A stretch of DNA of 64,000 nt. Origin: Ophelia neglecta. Taxonomy: Eukaryota. Shown piece by piece: positions 52,391-63,890 of the stretch. The notes beneath the pieces are model-generated. The model ran no database searches and was not told the origin of the DNA. It was given only the letters and a program-made list of their open reading frames with translations. The translations under genes and the position numbers were made by a program. Numbering within the stretch: the first letter of the stretch is position 1; each line of letters starts with the position of its first letter. The stretch spans positions 61,814,001 through 61,878,000 of the forward strand of contig OZ260661.1 of the NCBI GenBank assembly GCA_965285935.1, given 5' to 3'.

Positions 52391-53159
52391 AGTTTGTTTT
52401 TTTCAATTCACTGTGCTTTATTCGATTGATAGCAAACTTATTTAGTTTTCATGATTACAAACTAAATTTGGCCTATTGCTGAATTATCTAAAGTTTAACA
52501 CTGCAGACATTTTTTCTTTGTTAGTTTTTGGCCTGCTTTACCTTCTGTTCAATTTTAGAATTGAACAATGACAATTACATTTATTGCACAATAACACAGG
52601 TGCTTGAATTGCCCACAAAATATCAGTTTAATCCCACTAATTATATACACATGTATCACACTGCATGCTACATGTATAGCACACTGCCTACATTGGGTAG
52701 TGTACTATTATATATGAAGAGTAACACATATTATTTGTGCCTGAAGACATTAATTAAAAGGTAGGAGAAAATCAAAATAGCCAAGTTGTAAAGAAATATG
52801 ATGATCAATTCCTTAGTAGTATTACTCATTCATGTAGAAAAAAATAAATCAATATTTCCATGTTTGCCCACTAGCATATTACATTACAAGTGCATTGAAA
52901 CGAAGCACATGTAAGTATGTTTTATTTGATATATAATATCGAACAGATCATAACATTCAATCATAATTTTAATATTTCAGTTTTTGCACTGTTTAAATAT
53001 GAATTTGCACAGTCACTATAGGAATGGAAATGTTCTCCTCAAAATGAAGATGCTTATTGTTCGTCAAACCAACCGATATTAAACTGCTGATTTTAACAAA
53101 AATATCTTAAACACATTGTTTTGAGTTATACAGGAACATTAGAGATGTTTTGCTACTAC

Positions 53160-53303
53160 TGTAATCGGCTGAATACTACTACTTATTGGCTAGCCATCGT
53201 AAAGCAAATACTCGTTGTGCCATCTGGCGAGTGAGATTTGCTTATCAGCTCATCAATCCACATGTCAGTCATGTGACTGATTAAGACTACTACGATTTCC
53301 AAA
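53160..53303 (+). promoter_or_regulatory. PECR promoter / 5' UTR
   Basis: CpG-retaining stretch just upstream of the ATG, with ATTGG at about 53185, a CTCF-like GTGCCATCTGGCGA at 53217-53230, an M-box/CLEAR-like GTCATGTGAC at 53268-53277 and a YY1-like AAAATGGC overlapping the start codon. Confidence 0.55.
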
Positions 53304-53424
53304 ATGGCATCGCGTCAAGTATCCAGTGTTTTCCGTCCGGCACTTTTTGCTGGAAAATCAGCCATCGTCACCGGTGGAGGTACCGGAATAGGAATGGCTA
53401 TTACACAAGAATTGCTAAATTTAG
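53304..53424 (+). CDS. PECR: PECR exon 1
   Basis: [41 protein letters not shown]; donor TTAG|gtttga. Confidence 0.92.
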
Positions 53425-56400
53425 GTTTGATAATCGTTATTCGTTTTGGTTTGCCTTTTTTGCCTTAAGCTATGTTTGCAAATGTGTCGTCTGCACAAAT
53501 TGTGCATGTACATGTATTCAGGCCATGCCAGTTGTACCTGCAAGAAATGAGTTGTTCTCTGGCCAAATAAAAGATCAATATTACACATTTTAGAAGTAGT
53601 GTTAAAAATCAATTGTAGGAGGGGGGAAGGTTATTAAATGCTTTCGTTCAGTACATCTGTACAGCCAAATCTATATGAAAACTAAGTTCTATCTTCTGAC
53701 ATAAACATGCTCTACATGCAATGGTAAAGGTCAATGACTGCTATTTCAAAGTCCAATCAATGTTCAACAAGATGGGCTTGCAAGACCCTCATTCTCTGTT
53801 TTCTACCATCTAATGTGCCTGGGCCATCTCTGTCCATGCAGTATCCTTCATCACACTGTATGAACACTTGTAAACCCCCCCCCCCCTCCCTCCCTAACCC
53901 CTCCCCCCCCCCCCCCATCAATGCAGAAGGGCGGTTAGCGGGGTCTACATTCCTGCGACACAGTTTGAAAAAGGGGCAATTCTTGATTCACAGACTTTAA
54001 AGTCTAGATTTTTCTTATCATAAGAAATAAGATAGTCCCCGTTTCCCAATAATTTGAAAAAGTGAATTGCAATCACTGGTTCACTGGAAACTAAACAGAA
54101 CATTCTCAGCTCACAGTGGTTAAAAAAAACTTAATCCCGAAAAACAAAGAAATGTCAAATCCCAAATCAGGATAAATTGATAAACTCTATTCCCGGATAT
54201 TGGCTATTTAAAAAGGCTGTTCCTGAGGGTCAAAAATACCCACAACTCCCTTCCAATGAAGCCACCTGTCCCCTCATTTTGTCTTGTCACAAAAACATTG
54301 TTTCATATAGAATTTCCCTGAATTTGTGATATAAAAATTACCCATAAATATGGAAATGTGATGATCTGGAGGTTAAGTTGATCATGAATCTGCACCATAT
54401 ATATTGCCTAACCCACCAGAAAAATAACTGATGAAAACAGCAGAAATTTGAATGGCACTTAAGTTCCAGTAGTAACACTTCTGAACTGACTTTTAATCAG
54501 GCATTTAATGTGCAGATATTTGAAATACCTATGACCAGCGATGGTGTAACCATTTCAATACAGTAACTGCCCCAGTATTGTGTACATGTACACCCAGTGT
54601 TAATTAAACTACTCTCTTCCAGGTTGTAAAGTAATGATTGCATCAAGAAAATATGATAGATTGTCAGCGTCGGCTGAGGAAATGAAAAAAGTTATCCCTG
54701 AAGGCGGACCGGCAAGATTGGAGTATATGCAGTGCAACATACGTAACGAGGAATCGGTAAACTGATATTTATATTTTGATTGTTTCTTTTCATTTTAAAT
54801 TTGTTCACAGAAAAGAAAATTGACTACATGGCCAAGACAAAGCAAATATTTTCTATCAACACTACAGTAACATTTGCTCCTCGTCCCCTGAGCTGCAAGG
54901 TTTTAACGCATAATTTCGATAAGCATAGTCTGTAATTCAACAGGTTGCCAAGCTTGTGGACACCACCCTAGAGAAGTTTGGTAAGATAGACTATTTAGTG
55001 AACAATGCCGGTGGTCAGTTTCCCATGGCTGTTGGAAACATCCCTTTGAAAGGATGGAATGCAGTAGTAGAGACTAACCTAACAGGAACATTCCTCATGT
55101 GCAGAGAAGGTGGGCACTTTTTTAGTTTAATTCTAACCTGTTTCCGTTGGCTCCATCAAGACTTGTGGGACCCATTGATCATGGTATGTTGTGGATGGAC
55201 AGTATACATACTGCAACATTGTTTATGGGGAACTCCATAGTGTTGTGGCCCTAAAACACACTGGACGAGGGAAGGTGAGGTTGTAATCTTTAGCAAGGTC
55301 CTTTGCTCCTGATATCTACACCTCAACTGTGATCTCATTGGTTCCTGCAAAGACAATGACGCTGGCACTGTAGAATGTGCAGTAGCTGATCTCATGGGAT
55401 TATAGTCCCTAGTTGTATTGCTGTATGCTCCCCAGGATGTCAAGATATTAAACAATTGAGTCTGATGAACAGGCTGCGAAAACACTTACAACCCAAACCT
55501 TTATCCCTTTTTTTTGTAAATGTGGTAGTGGCATTTTTCTACCTAGCAGAAATACTCAAAATTATTTTAATATATTTAATGTGTATAAATTTGCTAGTTT
55601 TAACTCTTTCACTGCTGAGATTATCAAAGCTGCCAGAGATGTCTATACATGTACATGGTATGGACATCCCTGATCTAACAAACCATGTAAATGTGTTTCA
55701 AATTAGTCTCCATGCTAAGGAAATGCTTGGCTTAGGCATATTGAGTTTACTTGTAGCATACTTTAAATTTATGTAGTAAAATACAGGTTTCACTGCCTGT
55801 AATGCTGTCTTTAAATAGTGAGGCACCAGCTTGTCAACAGAAAAATGATATTGACAGAAAAGGGTAATGTTGTAATTTGCATCAATAAAATAAGAAATAT
55901 CTTTTAATATTGGTGCACTTCCCTCCCGCAGTGTATCAAAAGTGGATGAGTGATCATGGTGGATCAATTGTCAATATTATTGCTGATATGTGGAAGGGAT
56001 TCCCAGGCATGAGGTGACCATTTTTTCTCCTATGTTCTCAATAAATAGAAAATAATTACCTTCAAGTGAAAAAAGTAAAATGATTAATCAAACATTTTGA
56101 TTTGTAAATATTTTAGCCACACAGGGGCAGCCCGAGCTGCTGTAGACAACCTGACTAAGTCTATGGCCGTTGAGTGGGCACCTCATGGAATCCGAGTGAA
56201 CGCAGTGGCTCCTGTGAGTTCTTATCAACTAATATATGTTCAAGACTGCTTTATAAGTGTGTAATATACATTTTAAGAGGCAATCAGAGACAAGGAATAC
56301 AAGCCCATACAAGACAAAAATTATCTACCTTAACACTCTGTCTAATTTCACATACACATTTTAGCTTGAAATTTTCTCATCGTGAATAATCAATTAACAT

Positions 56401-57781
56401 TGGCTATAGATGTAAATTATGTATACAGTTCTTTACTTTGTGAGACTGACATTAGAATGTGAAACTTTTTTTTATTTCAGGGAAGCTCCATTTTTTCAGA
56501 AACAGCTGCTAAGAACTACGATCAAAGTGCCAATGTATTTAATCTGCAGATAGACAGAATACCAGCCAAGAGGCTTGGAAAAACAGAGGAGGTAAGAACC
56601 AAGCCATACTGTCATGTTCACCATTACAGTCACACTGTTGACACCATTGAGTACAAAGTTTGGACACTGGCAAAACTCATATTCAAGTCCTTTTCCTATC
56701 ATACTAGTTTTAGATTTAAAAATATATACAAACACAAGCAAACTGCATTCATGCATTCATGATACACTATGAGCTTTAAAGAAATCACAGCAAAGTAATT
56801 ATTCTAGCATGTGTGCAAAGATGCAAAAGTTTCAGTCAGTTTTGGATAAGAATAAATTACTGACAAGCAAAGTATTACATGAAATAACACATTCACATTT
56901 AGCCTGTTTGAGTTATATTTTAAAAAATCAGAATAAAAACCATTTATATCCTTCCTTTGTACTTTTTTTCTCAAAAATATAAAAGCTACTATTGAGTGGA
57001 ATTGTGCATCACTGGTTTCTAAAGTGTAATCCCCGGTACGGTAATTGGCTGTAGTGGTGAGAAGGTTTCAATGATTCAGAACACAACAGCCTATTACTAA
57101 ACATAAATTGTTTATGTCATTAATTATAAAAAGTGGTTTATTGTAATGAGTTAAAGCCAAACATAAACGCATTATTTCTTTGCCATCTAGGTTTCAGCTG
57201 GAGTGTGTTTTCTTTTGAGTCCAGCTGCAGCCTTTATATCCGGAGAGACCATGATCATTGATGGGGCTCACAGACTGGTACACACCTCGGGCTTCTGGGA
57301 GGTTGAAGGTATTTCTCTTATATATTTCATACTTTTAGCTTCCAGATAAATTCTCGTTATATTTAAAGGTGTCAGATCAATGATATACAATTCTATGCAA
57401 ATAAACCAAGGAAATGTTTTTGACCAAAAGTGTTTGCTACAATTCTTCTTCAGTTAGTAGTGTCTGCATTTGACTTTCCTACCTTCCCTATTTAGTCATG
57501 CTTTCAATGCAAATATAATATATGTAAGATCCACAATATATAAAATAGTCACTTTTTAATAATGGCATGTAGTAACACTCCCCCCCCCCCCCCCTCCCTC
57601 CAAACACTGCATGGAAGAGAATAGGTGAGCACATATTACATATGTACATGGCAGTTTGACTAAATATTGACTTTTGTTTTTAGATCACCAAAAACTGCCA
57701 CCTTACACTTGGGAAAAGGATTTGGAAGAGAGAAAGAATCAAGAAAGTTCAGAAATAAACAATCCCAAGTCAAAACTTTGA
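53304..57781 (+). CDS. PECR: Peroxisomal trans-2-enoyl-CoA reductase (SDR family), 8 exons, 308 aa
   Basis: Exons 53304-53424, 54623-54756, 54944-55109, 55932-56013, 56117-56213, 56481-56591, 57191-57308 and 57684-57781 join in frame (927 nt). Motifs: TGGGTGIG Rossmann fold, CNIRNEE, NNAGGQF, HTGAARA (PECR-type, replacing YxxxK), [15 protein letters not shown] and C-terminal PTS1 SKL. Confidence 0.95.
53875..53916. repeat. C-rich tract in PECR intron 1
   Basis: Interrupted poly-C; a similar tract is at 57579-57601. Confidence 0.85.
54623..54756 (+). CDS. PECR: PECR exon 2
   Basis: ttccag|GT...; CKVMIASRK...QCNIRNEES; donor |gtaaac. Confidence 0.92.
54944..55109 (+). CDS. PECR: PECR exon 3
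   Basis: caacag|GTT; [15 protein letters not shown]...[12 protein letters not shown]; donor G|gtgggc. Confidence 0.93.
55932..56013 (+). CDS. PECR: PECR exon 4
   Basis: cccgcag|TG; [27 protein letters not shown]; donor AG|gtgacc. Confidence 0.92.
56117..56213 (+). CDS. PECR: PECR exon 5
   Basis: ttttag|C; [32 protein letters not shown]; donor |gtgagt. Confidence 0.93.
56481..56591 (+). CDS. PECR: PECR exon 6
   Basis: tttcag|GGA; [13 protein letters not shown]...[11 protein letters not shown]; donor |gtaaga. Confidence 0.92.
57191..57308 (+). CDS. PECR: PECR exon 7
   Basis: atctag|GTT; [25 protein letters not shown]...FWEVE; donor G|gtattt. Confidence 0.92.
57684..57781 (+). CDS. PECR: PECR exon 8 (ends in SKL peroxisomal targeting signal)
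   Basis: gtttttag|AT; [13 protein letters not shown]...NPKSKL followed by TGA TGA. Confidence 0.9.
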
Positions 57782-58371
57782 TGAAACTATGTGCTATTAT
57801 AAAATAATTTGTGTAAGGTGTATCTTCAGCTGGCTTAGGTTGTCAAAGCACTGTTTGACTTTTGGATGTCCGTCCGCCTACTGTTCTAAATATACAGTAC
57901 CCTTCTTTACATCTAATTCAACAGCCGCTCTCTTGTCTTGAAAACTAAAACACATGTTACGAAATATATTGCACCAAGTAGTGCCCCGGGTCACCGTGTT
58001 TTGCAGGGCATGCCATCTTGACTGCACGGTTTTGACATGGGGCTGTCACATGTCAAATGCAGGGTGGACAGTTCTTGCTGTTTATTTTGAACCGAGATCA
58101 AGAAAGCCATACAGAGTCCCCAATTTCCACTTTATTGTCCCAAATTTTTATGCTGTTGACGGTATCGACTCTGGGGTTCCACTTTAGAGCTTTAAAACAG
58201 GTTTTATTTAGCCAATATTGTCAAATATTTTGCATTCTATAGGGAGAGAAATAAATATTTTTATACCAGCTTAGCTACTTAAGATGAAAGATTTAGCTAT
58301 GATAGGGAATGAACGTTTAATTATAAAATACACTCTGCCCAGATTTTGGAACACATTTTGTATTGTCCCCT

Positions 58372-58483
58372 TTTCAGTATTCCTGTATTTCAGTATTCCC
58401 GTATTTCAGTATGCCCGTATTTCAGTATGCCCGTTTTTCAGTATGCCCGTTTTTCAGTATGCTCGTTTTTCAGTATGCCTGTT
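58372..58483. repeat. 16-bp minisatellite, 7 copies of TTTCAGTATKCYYGTW
   Basis: Read directly: units start at 58372, 58388, 58404, 58420, 58436, 58452 and 58468. Confidence 0.95.
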
Positions 58484-59987
58484 TTTCTCTTCATGAATAT
58501 GTTAGTAAGTTTTACTGCATGTTCTGATGGAGACCCGGGCCACTGCTTGGTGAAACATGCGCAGAATTGACTGGCATCACTTTATATACTTACACCTGAT
58601 CACCATATGAGTATTAATGTTATCATATCATAGTCAATTAATGAAGGACTGTAAATGTTCTAAACTTACCATAATGGCTGTAGTAGGTCCTCAGGTCAGA
58701 TGAAGTGCCAAGCCCACATGTGTAGGTAAAATGTTCTCTGTAAAGAATGAACACACTGTTATTGTATGATTCTGGCATACATCAAATTAGTACATGTAGT
58801 ACAGAAATGAAGTTCTAAAGTTTATTAGAACAATGTGCACCCTTTGCACTGATTTACATGGCTTTTTATGCAAACATCATGTATTTCAAGCTAAACCACA
58901 AAATTTTGACACAAAATTTGACTTTTTGTGTCAACATTATATTAACCTGGAAGCTACCAAATCCCTTAAACCAGAAGCTCAATTTGACACAAAATTATAC
59001 TTCTTGTGTTAACATTATATATTTACATGAAAACTGCCTGGTAAATACCGTTAGATATTTTGCACCAGATTTGTGAATATCTTCATCAGTATTCACTGGA
59101 CTTAAAGGCCAGAGTCATTTTATATACCGGGATATATAGAGAATTGTTTCCAATATATGTGTATTATTCCTGCACCTTAGAGGAGGATGGTGAATGAAGT
59201 GTGTATAGTTTATAGTGTATAGATCTACTTGTACCTTGAAGTTTATAATATGTGCATCAGTTGTACATCACAGTGTACAACTTCAGAGAGCCAATGCTTC
59301 ATTGAGATAGAACGTACCTAAATGTCTTGGGCATGAAAAAGTACAGTTAATGTTGGAAATTTTCCATGACTTATTAACACTACTTACACTACCAACATAT
59401 GAAAGAAATCCTGCCTCTAAGGCGTATAATTATATATGATTATTAATTGTATTTTTTACATTAAAATCCATGACAGATTTAATGAAAAAAAAATGTATAA
59501 ATAAACATTGGTTTACAATGTGGATGCTACAAAATTAATGATCTTTCTCTTCTTTATTTGTTTTATATACCGGTAAATCTTAGTTAATAGGTTACTTATA
59601 ATACTAGGTACATGTACTCAGATAAATCATGCAGCTTTGTAAACTAGTTCATGTGAATAAGATCCTTCTTTTAGTTCAGAGTATATATATATACATGCTA
59701 GTAGTTTTGGTAGTTCCCTGGCTGGAATGTCCCCCAAACTACAAAAACTAAACCCAGTCCTGTCTTAAAACTCTAGTATTAATTTTAGGTCCACCGGTCT
59801 AGAGAGCCTAGTATATCAGGCACCTGGACCGGCAGGCCTGGTTTAATAAATCCACTGGTCAAAAAGCACCGTTTTCTTTCGATGGTTTGAAGTTGGGGGG
59901 ACCTATCGACCACTGGACCTATTCATCTAATACACCGGCATTCTTTAACTTTAAATCAAAATTTGAAATGGATAACCGCCATTAGTT

Positions 59988-60324
59988 GGGCCAATTAGGC
60001 TTAAAATGAATTCCAGTGGCCCTACATGATTTAAGTCACTGACTGTCACCGGAAATGGCCTAGTTGGCCAGTTGCCCTTTACTTGGTCAAAATTAGGGGT
60101 ATAAAATCACTGTACATAATTTGGGCAAATTCGGCTTGAAATGAGATCTAGTGGTCCAAGTGATTTGTTTGAGTAATTGTTAATGTTCTTACAGCAACTC
60201 TTTGAATTGGCAACTGAGACAACCTTCAGCTGCCAATACAATTTTTGAACTTAAATTAGAAATTGTGGTTAATAATCTCCTAAATTAGGGCTAATTAGTC
60301 TTGAAATGAGTTCTAGTGGTCCCA
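59988..60324. repeat. Three diverged copies of a motif of about 37 bp (GGGCxAATTxGGCTTGAAATGAGxTCTAGTGGTCC), probable repeat-element relic
   Basis: Copies at about 59988, 60123 and 60288. Confidence 0.6.
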
Positions 60325-61201
60325 ATGATGGTCATTGTTCATTGTTAATTAATGTTCTTTTAGCATTTTTTTGATTCGTCAACGAAAAGCTGGAATTGGC
60401 AACCTACTATGTTAGCTGACGGTTGACAGTGGCCTCTTCGAATCGTCAACTACAATGAAGTTAGCAGATTATTCAGTTGACAATTCGAGTTGATATGATG
60501 ATTCATTGACAATACAATCTGCATCACAAATGTGGCCGGGGCGCGGGCGCCTTTGCGGCAGCAGATTTGAGTATCGGCCTCCCTAGCTCCAGGGAATTTT
60601 TTTAAGATCTCGTAGATATTTGCAGAGCGGAAAAACGCATAATAAACGTCTCAAATATAAGTATGTCATCTGGGAGAATGAAAAGATAAAATATGTCTTG
60701 AGACTGAATTGTTTGAAAGATAAATTTACATGTAAATGTTGGCACAAAACATTTTTTCTTTAATATTGACACAATATCATGACATTGGCAATTCCTCTAA
60801 TATCGACTTGATACATGCATTTTCTTAAATACTGACACACGATATTGGCATTTCCATATACATATATATTTATATTTGACACTCAAGACATCGTCTACAT
60901 TCTGCGCACCCGTGTATACTTATATTCTTACAGTTAATCGAATTTTTGTCACAATAAGAATATAAGCAAATCATGAATAACCTTTCAACCACATTACACT
61001 ACATTGGGATCTATTAAAATTCAGCCACGAAAGAACAGTGTCCTGAACAAGTCTATGTATACAACCATTTTTCCATTTTACGCATGTATTATCATATATT
61101 CATGAGCACAGCATACCGGGCTTATACATTTATGTAGTAGACACTTTTAAGTCATACAGCTTTAAACTCTCTTGATAGCACACGAGTCATCTTGGAACAA
61201 A

Positions 61202-61405
61202 ATGAGCGGAGAAAAAGCAATTGTTCGTTCTTGGCCAGTTTTCATCATAGTTTCGATATCTTTTGGTGTACAAGTGGTGATTTTTTTGATGATATGGGGA
61301 CAAATACCTACGGAAATGAACCAAACTTTGGGGAAAGTTGGTGAAAAAATTCAGCAAGTGGTAAAAGAAATGGAAACTCGAGGTCCCTCCGCTGTTTGCT
61401 CTAAG
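61202..61405 (+). CDS. GALM: Putative first exon of GALM-like gene encoding a signal anchor and stem
   Basis: AAAATGAGC start; 68 open codons with hydrophobic WPVFIIVSISFGVQVVIFLMIW; donor AAG|gttcgt in phase 0, matching the phase-0 acceptor at 62965. Confidence 0.6.
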
Positions 61406-63266
61406 GTTCGTAACAATTTAAGGTCTGCAAATTTGAACATAAGTTCGTTTCGTTACTTATCACAGTTGTTATTTGCTTCTATGATGGCAAGGTCTCTAAA
61501 TAGGGTGACATTTGAGTTGAAAATAAAAGTGAAATCGCCCGACTATAAGTTAACATTCCACTACTTCAAAAGTAAGTTTATTTAGGACACTTTTGTTTAC
61601 GCTAGTTAATACATTTCAAAATGGCAAAAACAACCCATTTTAATGACTAGTCTGCTAAATATATTGCATGATTAAACTCTTTGTTCTTCTTCCTTTATAA
61701 ATCCTATATGAAAAATGTGAGAAGTGTTGTGATATGCTTAAGACACACAAACGCCAACGAAGGAATAAATATCCAGTCTCGAGCTGACCCAAACTCATTG
61801 GCATATTTCTTCTTGAATTTTTCAAATCTTTAAGCCATTTTCTTACAATTTTGGAGTTTTAAAGATACTTCTAGTTCTTAACCAACTCCTATGGCGAATG
61901 ATAGAAATTTCTACAGTTAACAACCAAGCTAGTGAATTCAGGGCCACATTTTGCATTCCGCGGCGAGACGCAAAATTCAAACAGCTCGACCACAGAAGCG
62001 TTCACAAACTATAGACCCTACACAATAAATTGATAAAAAAAAGGAAAAGGACTTCGTAATATGTGATAATACTTGTCCCTTTCTTTGGTTGATTTCTAAA
62101 ACTTCCTACTACCACTTTGTCATGTACTTAGACCATGTTTTTTTCACCTTTGCCGGTTGTGTAAACAAATTCCTCCTTTCCTTCCGCCTTAACGATGATA
62201 ATTCAAATGACAGTTTCATAATAAATAAGAGGAACACCGCTAATGTACAGAATGAGATGTATGATTCATTTGGTTTCAGTCCAATTGTGATAATCGTTAG
62301 TCCCTAAATTCACAATGAATTAATGAATGAATCTTTTATCACCAAGTTAGTATAATTTACAATCGTATATCATTATTACATTCAAAACACAAATATACAA
62401 TATACAATAGCATTTTGTAAATAATAATAAATATGGTGAGTATACTGACAATTAGTAAATGTTAAGAGACAGAGTGAAATACACACGTGCTTATATGCCA
62501 CACATTTAGTCAGATAATAAACCAAGCATGGTGCAAAAGGAGCAAAAGTAACTCAATGATTAATTGTAGTTAATTTACAAAATAATAATGCTTAATGACT
62601 CATGAAACATTCAGTGTCATCAGGGTGCATTCCGGAAGGCATGGCTTTTTTAATGAAATTCATCACTGTCCAGGAAAAGAGCAAATCACACACGTATACA
62701 AGGCGCTGAAAGAACCACCAGCGAGCTCGTACAATATGGAAATGAAAAAGTCGGTAAATGCCCAGCACATATTACAGGCTTTAGGATAGCATAGCTGGCA
62801 GCTTGTTGATCTCGGTGAGAGATCATATTCCAGTACACACTTTAATAGTATGAGGAGGAAGGGTGGGATTTGTATGTTTTGACACGGCATTGGTAATGCT
62901 TTTTAAACGATGCAACGGTATATATATATATATTTAATCAGATGTCTTTTTTTATACTTCATAGGTGAAAATAATAAAAGATGGCGTGGGCCATACCAGA
63001 GATGGCCAAGAAGTTTTCAGGTGAATAGATACGTACTTCAGATTACATGTCGCCTGAAAACCTGTCTCTCTTTTATCAAATTCGGTATTTGTAAACCTAA
63101 TTGTCATATTATACAGCGAACACATGTCTTTCTAGATACACATTTAGAAATGAGAACGATTTGGAGCTGCAGATATTGACCTACGGCGGCATAATTTCCT
63201 CAATAAAGGTACCTGATAAAGACGGTAAATTTGTCGATGTTGTTTTGGGATACGACTCTCTTCTAG
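61202..63266 (+). CDS. GALM: Aldose 1-epimerase / galactose mutarotase-like, 5' part (continues past the window)
   Basis: Exons 62965-63020 and 63136-63266 give VKIIKDGVGHTRDGQEVFRYTFRNENDLELQILTYGGIISSIKVPDKDGKFVDVVLGYDSLL, the typical mutarotase N-terminus (YG..I.S..VPD..G...DVVLG.D). Putative first exon 61202-61405 joins in phase 0. Confidence 0.85.
62965..63020 (+). CDS. GALM: GALM-like exon
   Basis: ttttatacttcatag|GTG...TTCAG|gtgaat; VKIIKDGVGHTRDGQEVF(R). Confidence 0.8.
63136..63266 (+). CDS. GALM: GALM-like exon
   Basis: ctttctag|A...CTAG|gtgagc; YTFRNENDLELQILTYGGIISSIKVPDKDGKFVDVVLGYDSLL. Confidence 0.9.
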
Positions 63267-63341
63267 GTGAGCAAATTATAAAAACTTTATTTTCCAATTC
63301 AGTATTTTCCATCTTGCTATTTCAAACGGTCGCATGTGTAA

Positions 63342-63475
63342 TACGGTGAAACCTGTCTATGTAGTCACCAGTGTTATAAGGTCACTTGCCAAATAAGGTC
63401 ACTAAATAACAATCCGGTCTCATTTGAACCTTTGTCAATTGACCTGTTTATTAATGCCACCTACATAATGTGGTA
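63342..63475. mobile_element. Possible Tc1/mariner-pogo-type MITE end
   Basis: TA-CGGTGAAACCTGTCTAT resembles TA-CAGTGAAACCTG-type terminal repeats and is followed by short internal repeats (AAGGTCAC x2). No matching second terminus was found. Confidence 0.3.
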
Positions 63476-63749
63476 AGTTTTTCCAACAACCCTTTAAGGA
63501 GGAGTTGATTTCGTGGCGCTGGTGTTTCCTTCTACTGTGTCTACACGACAACGATAGGTTACTGCAGCATATTTGTTTGGGAATTTGCTTCTAACTATTA
63601 TTTATTTACTCTTCCATAAACCTTAATACATACAACTTGAATCATATATTAAACTAAGATACGACGAAACTTCAAGGCTGTTTGCCCAATGTACCATTTT
63701 GCCCCATGTCTCGTTTTGCTCGCTCAGTGCATAGGAGAATTGACGAGGA

Positions 63750-63890
63750 GCGGTAGATTCGTGCAGTCGAATCAACGGGGCGCGACATCACCAATATATT
63801 TGCATGGTCATATAGTGTGGCTTGAGACAATGAGCAGTAGATTCGAGACAATGAGCAGTAGATTCGTGCTTCCGAATCTACTGCCCTCTG
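63750..63890. mobile_element. Probable non-autonomous transposon (MITE-like) fragment with direct and inverted repeats
   Basis: 21-bp direct repeat GAGACAATGAGCAGTAGATTC at 63824-63844 and 63845-63865; perfect 12-bp inverted repeat 63855-63866 / 63873-63884; GTAGATTCGTGC also at about 63753. Family not determined. Confidence 0.45.

Noticed and set aside
57779-57784. TGA TGA after SKL as readthrough or selenocysteine
   Set aside because: SKL must be C-terminal to act as PTS1, and a tandem stop argues against readthrough; no SECIS recognised.
58284-58570. Repetitive ORFs / CRISPR-like array
   Set aside because: Head-to-tail 16-bp minisatellite with no spacers or cas genes, in a eukaryotic context.
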